From assembly GCF_054482525.1 (NCBI RefSeq), contig NZ_CM137006.1: a stretch of 64,000 bases of DNA, one strand, 5' to 3'. A program made the position numbers and the translations under genes. Below, piece by piece: positions 45,888 to 60,608 of this stretch. The notes under the pieces are model-generated. The model was not told the origin of the DNA. It was given only the letters and a program-made list of their open reading frames with translations, and made no database searches. Within the stretch, counting starts at the first letter, position 1. Each line of letters opens with the position of its first letter.

Positions 45888-46430
45888 TCACTGGTAAACC
45901 AGATCAAAATAGAGAACCGCCGTCGCATTACCGCCCGTTGCTCCCGCCTTTGTGGACTTATAACGAAGTTGATATTTGAGTGTGTTATCCCCGGCTTTTA
46001 AGGGCGTAAGAGGCTGGACCTGATTGAGCGGGATTTCTTGCTGACTTTGCGCATCAAGAATTTGCACGGCAATCCCCGTTGCCATACCACCGCTTCCGCC
46101 TGTGTCAGTTAGTTTGAGCAGTGTCGGCGCAAGGGTGTCAGCCTCGCCGCTAAAAAGGACGTCCGCGCCAGTAATACCAGCGGCACAACCGGTGATATCG
46201 ATATTCAAATCAGCAGCAGTGCTTACGGTATTCGCGGCCTGAAAATCACTGATATTAAAATCACCAATATGAATATTTTGTAATGCACTTTTGGTGGCGA
46301 CATCACAGCCCTGATCGACCACATTCCCATAAATATGCATACTAACTTGTTCAGGCCCAGCCATCCCGACATGGGTGTTAAGAAAGCTAAAGAACAAGAT
46401 AACGTACTGAAATATTGTTTTTTTCTTCAT
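45888..46430 (-). CDS. ycbU: YcbU, fimbrial-like subunit
   Basis: 180-aa ORF with signal peptide MKKKTIFQYVILFFSFLNTHVGMA and fimbrial subunit C-terminus. Confidence 0.88.
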   Translation of the reverse strand: MKKKTIFQYVILFFSFLNTHVGMAGPEQVSMHIYGNVVDQGCDVATKSALQNIHIGDFNISDFQAANTVSTAADLNIDITGCAAGITGADVLFSGEADTLAPTLLKLTDTGGSGGMATGIAVQILDAQSQQEIPLNQVQPLTPLKAGDNTLKYQLRYKSTKAGATGGNATAVLYFDLVYQ

Positions 46431-46441
46431 ACGTTCACGCG

Positions 46442-50103
<3,662 letters not shown>

Positions 50104-50127
50104 CTCGCTCTCTTAACTGAAGACGGC

Positions 50128-50829
50128 TTACGATTTGCAGTTGAGTTGCGGCGTTTCCGCCCCGTAGTCATTGATGGTTCGGTACGTTACGCTGTTATTT
50201 TTGGCACCCTTTGGCAGAGAGAATTGGTATTTATCAAAGGGGGAAATCATTTGATTTTTAACTACCTTTCCACCTATTTTCAGGTCTGTCAGGGTAATGA
50301 AATAAGGTGTTGGGTTACTGACCGTAACCATGTCAGCTGACGAAGTGCAACGCAGTTTCGCCGGAGCCTCGGCTAAGGGATACGCTAAACCTTTTGGTCG
50401 CCAGAAAAGTTTGATGACGCTTTGTGTGGCAATCTTCAGGGTATTGCCTTCTTCCCGCTTCGTTGTTGAAGGGACTGCCCGTACGCTGGTGAAGAAAAGA
50501 GTTTCTCTGTCTTTCGCCAACGGCGCGCCAATGTACATAATGCGTAGCAGGTTCTCGTTTGCCGGATTTAGCACAAATAGCGGTGGTGTAATAATAAAGT
50601 CCGCTGACTTTTTATTATCTGGTGTCATCACCCATGACTGAATCAGATAAGGAACATCCGGACTGGTGTTACGTACACCCAGTGAAATTTGCTCTTCACC
50701 TTCCGAATAAACAAGACGTGTTGCTGCAAGTCCGACCCCACCTTTACCTGCCGCCCATGTGAACGAACAGCTGAGTAATATTGCCGTTAAACTTACGGTC
50801 ACAATTCCCTTTGTTATGCAAGTTTTCAT
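50128..50829 (-). CDS. elfD: ElfD (YcbR), periplasmic fimbrial chaperone
   Basis: 233-aa ORF with signal peptide (MKTCITKGIVTVSLTAILLSCSFTWA), PapD-like. Confidence 0.92.
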   Translation of the reverse strand: MKTCITKGIVTVSLTAILLSCSFTWAAGKGGVGLAATRLVYSEGEEQISLGVRNTSPDVPYLIQSWVMTPDNKKSADFIITPPLFVLNPANENLLRIMYIGAPLAKDRETLFFTSVRAVPSTTKREEGNTLKIATQSVIKLFWRPKGLAYPLAEAPAKLRCTSSADMVTVSNPTPYFITLTDLKIGGKVVKNQMISPFDKYQFSLPKGAKNNSVTYRTINDYGAETPQLNCKS

Positions 50830-50911
50830 AAATAGTCACTCTTAAAAAATATGGATATCCCCTCCAGAACACTGGAGGGGGACTAATTAATAAAACAATT
50901 AATGTGTTCTA

Positions 50912-51454
50912 TTAATAATAGTTAATATGAAAATCCGTTACCGCATTAACATTACCTGAAGTCGCTTTACCCGTAGCGATATAATCAACTTTAAAAGTCA
51001 CTGTTTGCTCAGCGGAATCCGCTAACTGAATATTCGACGTTTCAATACCGGGAGTTACCGATGTAGAACCATCTGGCAGATACATTTGTAGAGCAACATT
51101 CGTCGCTGCATCGGTGGAAGCCTGGTTGGCAAATGCTGTAGGTTGCACTCCGTCAGCCGTACCACTGAAGGTAAAAGTCGCATTTTTAGTTACAGTAACA
51201 TCACAGCCTTCTAAGGCAATTGGTACATCAGTTTTAACGCCAGAGACTGCACCATTAGTTTGCAACTTGGTGGCGCTGACATTTGGCAATGTGACTACTG
51301 AATCTTTGTTCGCAGCTACCAGCGAACAAGCTGGAGCAATGACTTTACCATTAAATGTTACTGAGCCATCCGTGATAGCATTATCATCAGCTGCCATAAC
51401 ACTGGACGTTGCACATACCACAGTTATAAACGCCGTCAATACACTTTTTTTCAT
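50912..51454 (-). CDS. elfA: ElfA (YcbQ), major fimbrial subunit
   Basis: Track ORF 50912-51463; start at MKKSVLTAFITVVCATSSVMAA; ends in the donor-strand motif typical of pilins (...AVTDFHINYY). Confidence 0.88.
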   Translation of the reverse strand: MKKSVLTAFITVVCATSSVMAADDNAITDGSVTFNGKVIAPACSLVAANKDSVVTLPNVSATKLQTNGAVSGVKTDVPIALEGCDVTVTKNATFTFSGTADGVQPTAFANQASTDAATNVALQMYLPDGSTSVTPGIETSNIQLADSAEQTVTFKVDYIATGKATSGNVNAVTDFHINYY

Positions 51455-51809
51455 CGTTATCATCCTGATCTTTTCGTAAATATGATAATGCCTTTAAATG
51501 ACATTGGACTTAATAATAACAACAATTGTCCGCCATTTAAATCAAGCATCTTTAATCCATTAAGTGACAAATCTTTAATTTATAGATTTCATGAATATTT
51601 TCTTATTGCCTGAATGAGTAATTCATTGATTCAACATCTAATGACTATCCAATAAATAAATATGCGTGATATATAAAGCCCTTTCTTTAGTTTATTTTCA
51701 GAAAAAGATACACAAAATTTATATTTGGCATTTTCTTGTCTCTCCGACAGACTGACCGAATTGTTATCAATGTTAACAAAAAAAGAACAATTGGTTATAA
51801 GGAGAGAGT
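51455..51809. promoter_or_regulatory. AT-rich divergent control region: elfA promoter (leftward) and ssuE promoter (rightward)
   Basis: 355-bp strongly AT-rich intergenic region, typical of nucleoid-protein-silenced fimbrial promoters. ssu expression is known to need CysB/Cbl sites upstream of ssuE; I did not locate the sites precisely. Confidence 0.5.
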
Positions 51810-52385
51810 ATGCGTGTCATCACCCTGGCGGGTAGTCCTCGCTTTCCTTCTCGCTCCAGCTCCTTGCTGGAATATGCGCGGGAAAAACTGAATGGCCTGG
51901 ATGTAGAGGTTTATCACTGGAATCTGCAAAACTTTGCCCCGGAAGATCTGCTTTATGCTCGTTTCGATAGTCCGGCACTCAATACCTTCACCGAACAGTT
52001 GCAACAGGCTGACGGGCTGATTGTCGCCACGCCTGTGTATAAAGCCGCCTATTCCGGTGCGCTAAAAACCCTGCTCGACCTGCTGCCAGAACGTGCGTTG
52101 CAAGGCAAAGTGGTGCTACCGCTGGCGACGGGCGGTACGGTGGCCCATCTGCTGGCGGTCGATTATGCCCTTAAGCCAGTTTTAAGTGCGCTGAAAGCCC
52201 AGGAGATCCTGCACGGCGTGTTTGCCGATGACTCACAGGTGATTGATTACCACCACAAGCCGCAGTTCACGCCGAATTTACAAACCCGTCTTGATACCGC
52301 GCTAGAAACTTTCTGGCAGGCATTGCACCGTCGGGATGTTCAGGTTCCTGACCTTCTGTCTCTGCGAGGTAATGCCCATGCGTAA
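51810..52385 (+). CDS. ssuE: SsuE, NADPH-dependent FMN reductase
   Basis: 191-aa ORF MRVITLAGSPRFPSRSSSLLEYAREKLNGLDVEVYHWNLQNF... Confidence 0.93.
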   Translation: MRVITLAGSPRFPSRSSSLLEYAREKLNGLDVEVYHWNLQNFAPEDLLYARFDSPALNTFTEQLQQADGLIVATPVYKAAYSGALKTLLDLLPERALQGKVVLPLATGGTVAHLLAVDYALKPVLSALKAQEILHGVFADDSQVIDYHHKPQFTPNLQTRLDTALETFWQALHRRDVQVPDLLSLRGNAHA

Positions 52386-53307
52386 GATCATTAAACTGGC
52401 GCTGGCGGGATTGCTTAGCGTCTCTACTTTTGCGGTTGCTGCAGAATCCTCGCCTGAAGCGTTACGTATAGGCTATCAGAAAGGCAGTATTGGTATGGTG
52501 CTGGCAAAAAGCCACCAGTTACTGGAAAAACGCTATCCGCAAACAAAAATCTCGTGGGTGGAGTTTCCCGCGGGACCGCAAATGTTGGAGGCGTTAAACG
52601 TTGGCAGTATTGATCTCGGCAGTACCGGAGATATTCCGCCAATCTTTGCCCAGGCTGCCGGTGCTGATTTGGTATATGTGGGCGTCGAGCCGCCGAAGCC
52701 CAAAGCCGAAGTGATTCTGGTGGCAGAAAATAGCCCGATCAAAACCGTAGCCGATCTTAAAGGTCACAAAGTTGCCTTTCAGAAAGGTTCCAGCTCTCAC
52801 AATCTTTTACTACGCGCACTACGCCAGGCCGGGCTTAAATTCACGGATATTCAGCCCACTTACCTGACGCCTGCCGATGCCCGCGCCGCGTTCCAGCAAG
52901 GTAACGTCGACGCATGGGCTATCTGGGATCCCTACTACTCCGCTGCATTATTACAGGGCGGCGTGCGGGTGTTGAAAGACGGCACCGATCTCAATCAAAC
53001 CGGATCGTTTTATCTGGCAGCTCGCCCCTATGCAGAAAAAAACGGCGCTTTTATTCAGGGCGTACTGGCAACCTTTAGTGAGGCCGATGCGTTAACCCGC
53101 TGCCAGCGCGAGCAAAGCATCGCCTTATTGGCAAAAACGATGGGCTTACCGGCCCCAGTGATTGCCTCGTATCTGGATCATCGCCCTCCCACCACCATCA
53201 AACCGGTTAACGCCGAAGTTGCCGCCTTACAGCAGCAAACGGCAGATCTGTTTTATGAAAACCGTCTGGTGCCGAAAAAAGTCGATATTCGCCAGCGTAT
53301 CTGGTAG
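52378..53307 (+). CDS. ssuA: SsuA, periplasmic aliphatic sulfonate-binding protein
   Basis: Track ORF 52336-53307; start chosen at the ATG overlapping the ssuE stop ([21 protein letters not shown] signal peptide, GAGG 9 nt upstream). An upstream alternative start cannot be excluded. Confidence 0.88.
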   Translation: MRKIIKLALAGLLSVSTFAVAAESSPEALRIGYQKGSIGMVLAKSHQLLEKRYPQTKISWVEFPAGPQMLEALNVGSIDLGSTGDIPPIFAQAAGADLVYVGVEPPKPKAEVILVAENSPIKTVADLKGHKVAFQKGSSSHNLLLRALRQAGLKFTDIQPTYLTPADARAAFQQGNVDAWAIWDPYYSAALLQGGVRVLKDGTDLNQTGSFYLAARPYAEKNGAFIQGVLATFSEADALTRCQREQSIALLAKTMGLPAPVIASYLDHRPPTTIKPVNAEVAALQQQTADLFYENRLVPKKVDIRQRIW

Positions 53308-53333
53308 CTCACTCAACTGGAAGGAAAACAATT

Positions 53334-54479
53334 ATGAGTCTGAATATGTTCTGGTTTTTACCGACCCACGGTGACGGGCATTATCTGGGAACGGAAGAAG
53401 GTTCACGCCCGGTTGATCACGGTTATCTGCAACAAATTGCGCAAGCGGCGGATCGCCTGGGCTATACCGGTGTGCTGATCCCAACGGGGCGCTCCTGCGA
53501 AGATGCGTGGCTGGTTGCCGCGTCGATGATCCCGGTGACGCAACGGCTGAAGTTTCTTGTCGCCCTGCGTCCCAGCGTAACCTCACCTACCGTTGCCGCC
53601 CGCCAGGCCGCCACGCTTGACCGTCTCTCGAATGGTCGTGCGTTGTTTAATCTGGTCACAGGCAGCGATCCACAAGAGCTGGCAGGCGACGGCGTGTTCC
53701 TTGATCATAGCGAGCGCTACGAAGCCTCGGCGGAATTTACCCAGGTCTGGCGGCGCTTATTGCTGGGGGAAACCGTCAATTTCAACGGTAAACATATTCA
53801 TGTGCGCGGAGCCAAACTGCTCTTCCCGCCGATTCAACAGCCGTATCCTCCGCTTTACTTTGGCGGATCGTCAGATGTCGCCCAGGAGCTGGCGGCAGAA
53901 CAAGTTGATCTCTACCTCACCTGGGGCGAACCGCCGGAACTGGTTAAAGAGAAAATCGAACAAGTGCGGGCGAAAGCTGCCGCGCATGGACGCAAAATTC
54001 GTTTCGGTATTCGTCTGCATGTGATTGTTCGTGAAACCAACGACGAAGCGTGGCAGGCCGCCGAGCGGTTAATCTCGCATCTTGATGATGAGACTATCGC
54101 CAAAGCACAAGCCGCATTCGCCCGGACGGATTCCGTAGGACAACAGCGAATGGCGGCGCTACATAACGGCAAGCGCGACAATCTGGAGATCAGCCCCAAT
54201 TTATGGGCGGGTGTTGGCTTAGTGCGCGGCGGTGCCGGGACGGCACTGGTGGGCGATGGTCCGACGGTCGCTGCGCGAATCAACGAATACGCTGCACTTG
54301 GCATCGACAGTTTTGTGCTTTCGGGCTACCCGCATCTGGAAGAAGCGTATCGGGTTGGCGAATTGCTGTTCCCGCATCTGGATGTCGCCATCCCGGAAAT
54401 TCCGAAGCCGCAGCCGCTGAATCCGCAAGGCGAAGCGGTGGCAAATGATTTTATCCCCCGTAAAGCCGCGCAAAGCTAA
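53334..54479 (+). CDS. ssuD: SsuD, FMNH2-dependent alkanesulfonate monooxygenase
   Basis: 381-aa [55 protein letters not shown]... (luciferase-like). Confidence 0.95.
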   Translation: MSLNMFWFLPTHGDGHYLGTEEGSRPVDHGYLQQIAQAADRLGYTGVLIPTGRSCEDAWLVAASMIPVTQRLKFLVALRPSVTSPTVAARQAATLDRLSNGRALFNLVTGSDPQELAGDGVFLDHSERYEASAEFTQVWRRLLLGETVNFNGKHIHVRGAKLLFPPIQQPYPPLYFGGSSDVAQELAAEQVDLYLTWGEPPELVKEKIEQVRAKAAAHGRKIRFGIRLHVIVRETNDEAWQAAERLISHLDDETIAKAQAAFARTDSVGQQRMAALHNGKRDNLEISPNLWAGVGLVRGGAGTALVGDGPTVAARINEYAALGIDSFVLSGYPHLEEAYRVGELLFPHLDVAIPEIPKPQPLNPQGEAVANDFIPRKAAQS

Positions 54480-54489
54480 GGAATAAATA

Positions 54490-55281
54490 ATGGCAACGCC
54501 AGTGAAGAAGTGGTTATTGCGCGTTGCCCCCTGGTTTTTACCGGTGGGCATCGTGGCGGTGTGGCAACTGGCCTCCTCAGTTGGCTGGCTGTCGACGCGT
54601 ATTTTGCCCTCTCCGGAAGGAGTGGTGACGGCGTTCTGGACGCTCTCCGCCAGCGGCGAATTGTGGCAGCATCTGGCGATCAGCTCCTGGCGGGCGTTGA
54701 TTGGCTTTTCAATTGGCGGATCGCTGGGGTTGATTTTGGGACTGATTAGCGGGCTATCTCGCTGGGGAGAACGGCTGCTGGATACCTCCATTCAGATGTT
54801 GCGTAACGTGCCGCATCTGGCGCTGATCCCGCTGGTGATTTTGTGGTTTGGCATTGATGAATCCGCAAAAATCTTTCTGGTGGCGCTCGGCACGCTATTC
54901 CCCATTTATATCAACACCTGGCACGGCATCCGTAATATCGATCGCGGTCTGGTGGAAATGGCGCGTAGCTATGGATTATCCGGCATCCCGCTGTTTATCC
55001 ATGTGATCCTGCCTGGTGCCCTGCCCTCCATTATGGTCGGCGTGCGTTTTGCGTTGGGCCTGATGTGGCTGACGCTGATTGTTGCCGAAACCATTTCTGC
55101 CAATTCCGGCATTGGTTATCTGGCGATGAATGCGCGGGAGTTTCTGCAAACGGACGTGGTGGTTGTCGCCATTATTCTTTACGCCCTGCTCGGCAAACTT
55201 GCTGACGTCAGCGCGCAGCTGTTAGAGCGCCTCTGGTTGCGCTGGAACCCGGCTTATCATTTGAAGGAGGCCACGGTATGA
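54490..55281 (+). CDS. ssuC: SsuC, alkanesulfonate ABC transporter permease
   Basis: 263-aa membrane ORF with the ABC permease EAA-like loop. Confidence 0.95.
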   Translation: MATPVKKWLLRVAPWFLPVGIVAVWQLASSVGWLSTRILPSPEGVVTAFWTLSASGELWQHLAISSWRALIGFSIGGSLGLILGLISGLSRWGERLLDTSIQMLRNVPHLALIPLVILWFGIDESAKIFLVALGTLFPIYINTWHGIRNIDRGLVEMARSYGLSGIPLFIHVILPGALPSIMVGVRFALGLMWLTLIVAETISANSGIGYLAMNAREFLQTDVVVVAIILYALLGKLADVSAQLLERLWLRWNPAYHLKEATV

Positions 55282-56045
55282 ATACTGCTCGTCTGAACCA
55301 GGGCACACCATTGTTGCTCAATGCAGTAAGCAAACATTACGCGGAAAATATCGTCCTGAACCAACTGGATTTACATATTCCTGCAGGTCAGTTTGTGGCG
55401 GTGGTGGGCCGTAGCGGTGGTGGCAAAAGTACCTTGCTGCGCCTGCTGGCAGGTCTGGAAACGCCAACCGCAGGCGATGTGTTAGCGGGCACCACACCGC
55501 TGGCTGAAATTCAGGAAGACACGCGAATGATGTTTCAGGATGCGCGTCTGCTACCGTGGAAATCGGTGATTGATAACGTTGGGTTAGGCCTTCAAGGTCA
55601 GTGGCGCGATGCCGCGCGTCGGGCGCTGGCTGCGGTAGGACTGGAGAATCGCGCGGGGGAATGGCCTGCCGCACTTTCTGGCGGGCAGAAACAGCGTGTG
55701 GCGCTGGCAAGAGCGTTGATTCATCGACCGGGTTTATTATTGCTTGATGAACCGCTCGGGGCGCTGGACGCCCTGACTCGGCTCGAGATGCAGGATTTGA
55801 TTGTGTCACTTTGGCAGGAGCACGGCTTTACCGTACTGTTGGTGACGCATGATGTGAGCGAAGCGGTAGCAATGGCTGACCGGGTGTTATTAATTGAAGA
55901 GGGAAAAATTGGTCTGGATTTGACAGTGGATATCCCCCGTCCGCGTCGATTAGGGTCGGTGCGATTAGCGGAGCTGGAATCGGAAGTGTTGCAAAGGGTG
56001 ATGCAGCGTGGGCACTCTGAACAACCGATTCGGCGTCATGGGTAA
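55278..56045 (+). CDS. ssuB: SsuB, alkanesulfonate ABC transporter ATP-binding protein
   Basis: 255-aa ORF with Walker [10 protein letters not shown], signature LSGGQKQR and Walker B LLLDEP. Confidence 0.95.
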   Translation: MNTARLNQGTPLLLNAVSKHYAENIVLNQLDLHIPAGQFVAVVGRSGGGKSTLLRLLAGLETPTAGDVLAGTTPLAEIQEDTRMMFQDARLLPWKSVIDNVGLGLQGQWRDAARRALAAVGLENRAGEWPAALSGGQKQRVALARALIHRPGLLLLDEPLGALDALTRLEMQDLIVSLWQEHGFTVLLVTHDVSEAVAMADRVLLIEEGKIGLDLTVDIPRPRRLGSVRLAELESEVLQRVMQRGHSEQPIRRHG

Positions 56046-56262
56046 TATGCCGGATGTGGCGCACAAAACCAGCATTTCCAACGGACTTGTGGGCCTGATA
56101 AGACGCGTCAAGCGTCGCATCAGGCAGTTGGACCCGGTTGCCGGATGCGCGTAAACGCCTTATCAGGAAGTTGGGCACGGCTGCCGGATGCGGCGTGAAC
56201 GCCTTATCCAGCCTACAAAACCAGCATTTTCAACGGACTTGTAGGCCTGATAAGACGCGTCA
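56046..56262. repeat. REP cluster (bacterial interspersed mosaic element) with several palindromic units between ssuB and pepN
   Basis: Repeated GCCGGATG... / GCCTGATAAGACGCGTCAAGCGTCGCATCAGGC-type palindromes at about 56049-56065, 56091-56124, 56130-56160, 56180-56215 and 56240-56262. The last unit is interrupted by the IS. Confidence 0.8.
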
Positions 56263-56313
56263 TGAACTGCACCCCAAATGTTGGACATAATCTGACATCT
56301 GAAGGTGCAGTTT

Positions 56314-56835
56314 ATGAAACATTCATTTGAAGTAAAACTTGCCGCTGTAAATCACTACCTGGCTGGTCATGCAGGCATCATTTCTACGGCAAAACTCTTT
56401 CAACTTTCTCACACCAGCCTCTCACACTGGATTAATCTTTTTCTTCTTCACGGTCCTCGGGCACTGGATTGCAGACACAAGCGTAGCTATTCTCCTGAAG
56501 ATAAACTTTGCGTGGTTCTTTATGCTCTCGGGCATTCTGAGTCTCTACCCCGGGTAGCTGCCCGGTTTAACATTCCCAGCCACAACACGGTTAAAAACTG
56601 GATAAAAGGCTACCGCAAATCTGGTAATGAGGCCTTTATCAGGCGCAGGAAGGAGAAAAGCATGACCCGTTCTGATGATACCCATGAAAACGAGGCAAAC
56701 ATGACGCCGGAAGAGATGAAGAATGAGCTGCGTTATCTTCGCGCAGAAAATGCATATCTGAAAGCCATGCAGGAGCATCTCCTGGAAAAAAAGCGCCAGG
56801 AGCTGGAGAAAAAACGAAAGTCATCCGGAGCCTGA
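56314..56835 (+). CDS. IS orfA (transposase N-terminal part, helix-turn-helix plus leucine zipper)
   Basis: MKHSFEVKLAAVNHYLAGHAGIISTAKLFQLSHTSLSHWINLF...; ATG at 56314 with GAAGG 8 nt upstream (track ORF starts at an upstream GTG, 56305). Ends just after an A-rich slippery run. Confidence 0.88.
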   Translation: MKHSFEVKLAAVNHYLAGHAGIISTAKLFQLSHTSLSHWINLFLLHGPRALDCRHKRSYSPEDKLCVVLYALGHSESLPRVAARFNIPSHNTVKNWIKGYRKSGNEAFIRRRKEKSMTRSDDTHENEANMTPEEMKNELRYLRAENAYLKAMQEHLLEKKRQELEKKRKSSGA

Positions 56836-56939
56836 GGTGCGGACACTGCCAGTCTGACCTGTTAAAGGCTGCAGGGCTGGCCAGAAGCACGCTGTACTAC
56901 CAGCTGTCACTGCAGAAGGCTAAGGACAAGTATGCTGAT

Positions 56940-57694
<755 letters not shown>

Positions 57695-57725
57695 GTCAAG
57701 CGTCGCATCCGGCATTTTGGCTCAA
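57695..57725. repeat. Right half of the interrupted REP palindromic unit
   Basis: GTCAAGCGTCGCATCCGGC immediately after the IS right end; together with 56241-56262 it reconstitutes GCCTGATAAGACGCGTCAAGCGTCGCATCCGGC. Confidence 0.7.
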
Positions 57726-57730
57726 AAGTA

Positions 57731-60343
57731 TCAAGCCAGTGCTTTAGTTATCTTCTCGTACAGATCGCCAGAGAGATTTTCCAGCCCTTTCAACTGCTCC
57801 AGCGCCGCGCGCATTTTCTCCTGACGTTTGGCATCGTAACGCTTCAGGCGAATCAGCGGCTCAATCAGGCGCGAAGCCACCTGCGGGTTACGGCTGTTGA
57901 GGTCGGTAAGCATTTCCACCAGGAACTGGTAACCGCTGCCATCTTCGGCATGGAACGCTGCCGGGTTGCTGCCCGCAAACGCGCCAATCAACGAACGAAT
58001 GCGGTTCGGGTTGCTCATGGTAAATGAGCGATGCTGCAACAGACCACGCACCGTCTCCAGCACATTTGCCGCCGGGCTGGTGGCTTGCAGGATAAACCAT
58101 TTATCCATCACCAGACCGTCCTGATGCCACTTGTCGTCGTACTCCTGCATCAGCGCGTCACGGCATGGCAGCTGTGCAGCAACCGCCGCAGAAAGCGCGG
58201 CCAGCGCATCGGTCATATTGTTTGCTTCATGGAACTGCTTGCTCACCAGCACGTCAGCCAGATGCGTTTCACCAAAAGCGAGGAAACGCAGGCAGGCATT
58301 TCGCAGAGTGCGTTTTGCAATATCTTCATGCTCAACACGGTACTCGCTCTGGTAATTCGCGTTGTAAATAGCCAGTAGCTCATCCGCCAGTTCAGTCGCC
58401 AGAGTACGAGTGAGTGCTTCGCGTACTTCAGCAATAGCAATCGGGTCGATGATATCGAACAGTTCTGCCATTTCATTGACGGAAGGCAGCGTCAGGATTT
58501 CTGCCGCCAGTGCCGGATCAATCTTCTCATCAAGCAGTACCGCGCGGAAAGCATCAGCCACATGCACCGGCAGAGACAGCGGCTGCCCTTGCTGATGACG
58601 GGCGACGTTGAGCTTGATGTAGGTTGCCAGCAGGCTTTGCGCCGCATCCCAGCGGGAGAAATCATTACGCGCATGGCGCATCAGGAAGGTCAGTTGCTGA
58701 TCGCTCCACTTATATTCCAGTTTCACTGGCGCAGAGAATTCGCACAGCAGCGCAGGCACCGGCTGAAAGTAGACATTATCAAAGACAAAGGTCTGTTCCG
58801 CCTGGGTGACGTTCAGCACCGAATTCACCGGGTGACCGCCTTTCTGCAACGGGATCACTTTGCCTTCGTTGTCATACAGTTCGATGGCAAACGGAATATG
58901 CAGCGGCTGTTTTTCTGCCTGATCCGGCGTAGCAGGCGTGCGCTGGCTGATGGTCAGGGTGTACTGCTCGGTTTCCGGATTATAGTCGTCTTTGACGGTC
59001 ACAACCGGCGTACCGGACTGGCTGTACCAACGGCGGAAATGAGAGAGATCGACATTCGACGCATCTTCCATCGCCTGAACAAAGTCGTCGCAGGTTGCCG
59101 CGCTGCCATCATGGCGCTCGAAATAGAGCTGCATCCCTTTCTGGAAGTTTTCTTCGCCCAGCAGGGTGTGGATCATGCGAATCACTTCCGCGCCCTTCTC
59201 GTAAACGGTCAGGGTGTAGAAGTTGTTCATCTCAATGACCATATCCGGGCGGATCGGGTGCGCCATCGGGCTGGCGTCTTCCGCAAACTGCAATCCGCGC
59301 ATGGTGCGCACGTTGTTGATACGGTTTACCGCGCGGGAACCAAGGTCAGAGCTGAATTCCTGATCGCGGAAGACGGTTAAACCTTCTTTCAGGCTGAGCT
59401 GGAACCAGTCGCGGCAGGTCACACGGTTACCGGTCCAGTTATGGAAATATTCATGGCCGATAACACGCTCAATATCGAGGTAATCTTTATCGGTGGCGGT
59501 GTCGGTACGGGCCAGCACATATTTGGAGTTAAAGATATTCAGACCTTTATTCTCCATTGCGCCCATATTGAAGAAATCCACCGCGACGATCATATAGATG
59601 TCGAGGTCATACTCCAGGCCGAAGCGTTCTTCATCCCATTTCATGGAGTTTTTCAGCGAGGTCATCGCCCACGGCGCACGATCAAGGTTGCCGCGATCGA
59701 CGTACAGCTCCAGCGCAACTTCGCGACCAGAACGCGTGGTGAAGGTGTCGCGCAGCACGTCGAAGTCGCCTGTCACCAGCGCAAACAGGTAGCACGGTTT
59801 CGGGAACGGGTCCTGCCACTGTACCCAGTGACGTCCGTTTTCCAGTTCGCCTTGCGCAACGCGGTTACCGTTGGAAAGCAGGAAGGGATATTTGGTTTTA
59901 TCGGCAATAATTTTGGTGGTAAAACGCGCCAGCACGTCCGGGCGGTCAAGATAATACGTAATATGGCGGAAACCTTCGGCTTCACACTGAGTGCAAAGCG
60001 CATCGCCTGACTGATAAAGCCCTTCCAGCGCGGTATTCGTCGCCGGGCTAATTTCATTAACGATCTTAAGCGTAAAACGCTCCGGCAAATTACTGATGAC
60101 CAGTGCGCCCTCTTCTTCTTTCCAGGCGGTCCACGGCTCATCATTAATATGAACAGAAACCAGTTTAAGATCTTCGCCATCAAGACGAAGCGGAGCATCT
60201 GATGCACCATGACGGACAGCCTGGCTGACCGCGGTAACGACCGTCTTTTGCGCGTCCAGGTCAAAGGTCAAGTCAATATCAGTAATCTGGTAATCCGGCG
60301 CACGATAATCGTGACGGTATTTGGCTTGTGGCTGTTGAGTCAT
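57731..60343 (-). CDS. pepN: PepN, aminopeptidase N (M1 family zinc metallopeptidase)
   Basis: 870-aa ORF MTQQPQAKYRHDYRAPDYQITDIDLTFDLDAQKT... with GAMEN and HEYFHNWTGN (HExxH) motifs. Confidence 0.97.
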   Translation of the reverse strand: MTQQPQAKYRHDYRAPDYQITDIDLTFDLDAQKTVVTAVSQAVRHGASDAPLRLDGEDLKLVSVHINDEPWTAWKEEEGALVISNLPERFTLKIVNEISPATNTALEGLYQSGDALCTQCEAEGFRHITYYLDRPDVLARFTTKIIADKTKYPFLLSNGNRVAQGELENGRHWVQWQDPFPKPCYLFALVTGDFDVLRDTFTTRSGREVALELYVDRGNLDRAPWAMTSLKNSMKWDEERFGLEYDLDIYMIVAVDFFNMGAMENKGLNIFNSKYVLARTDTATDKDYLDIERVIGHEYFHNWTGNRVTCRDWFQLSLKEGLTVFRDQEFSSDLGSRAVNRINNVRTMRGLQFAEDASPMAHPIRPDMVIEMNNFYTLTVYEKGAEVIRMIHTLLGEENFQKGMQLYFERHDGSAATCDDFVQAMEDASNVDLSHFRRWYSQSGTPVVTVKDDYNPETEQYTLTISQRTPATPDQAEKQPLHIPFAIELYDNEGKVIPLQKGGHPVNSVLNVTQAEQTFVFDNVYFQPVPALLCEFSAPVKLEYKWSDQQLTFLMRHARNDFSRWDAAQSLLATYIKLNVARHQQGQPLSLPVHVADAFRAVLLDEKIDPALAAEILTLPSVNEMAELFDIIDPIAIAEVREALTRTLATELADELLAIYNANYQSEYRVEHEDIAKRTLRNACLRFLAFGETHLADVLVSKQFHEANNMTDALAALSAAVAAQLPCRDALMQEYDDKWHQDGLVMDKWFILQATSPAANVLETVRGLLQHRSFTMSNPNRIRSLIGAFAGSNPAAFHAEDGSGYQFLVEMLTDLNSRNPQVASRLIEPLIRLKRYDAKRQEKMRAALEQLKGLENLSGDLYEKITKALA

Positions 60344-60561
60344 AAATAACCTTTAGCATCTTTTATAGAGTCTGGTGTTCAGTCTATTCCTGTTGCGTAA
60401 ATCGCGCTATGCAGAATCTTCATCTTTTCAGGTACAAACGCCTTTATTGCTACATTTTTATAACATACACCGCGTAATGCCATCGACCAGAAAGGTGGCA
60501 TATGGTGTGATCGGGGTTCAATAAATTGCGAAACAAGGTATACTCCAGCAGTTCCTGAAGA

Positions 60562-60579
60562 TGTTTATTGTACTAAACG
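60562..60579. promoter_or_regulatory. Putative NadR operator in the pncB promoter
   Basis: TGTTTATTGTACTAAACG resembles the NadR box palindrome TGTTTA-N6-TAAACA, about 30 bp upstream of the pncB ATG. Recalled consensus; untested. Confidence 0.45.
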
Positions 60580-60608
60580 CTCCTGTACGAGGACGCTACT
60601 GCGCACCT

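Noticed and set aside
54219-54791. 190-aa minus-strand ORF spanning the ssuD/ssuC junction
   Set aside because: Antisense to ssuD and ssuC, which are tightly packed operon genes; composition is Ser/Arg/Pro-rich noise.
56046-56262. Possible CRISPR array suggested by closely spaced repeats
   Set aside because: The repeats are imperfect palindromes of the REP type with irregular spacing and alternating orientation, not direct repeats with unique spacers; no cas genes nearby.
58562-59380. 272-aa plus-strand ORF antisense to pepN (also 59441-60010, 189 aa)
   Set aside because: Both lie inside the 870-aa pepN gene on the opposite strand and have Arg-rich low-complexity translations. Shadow ORFs.
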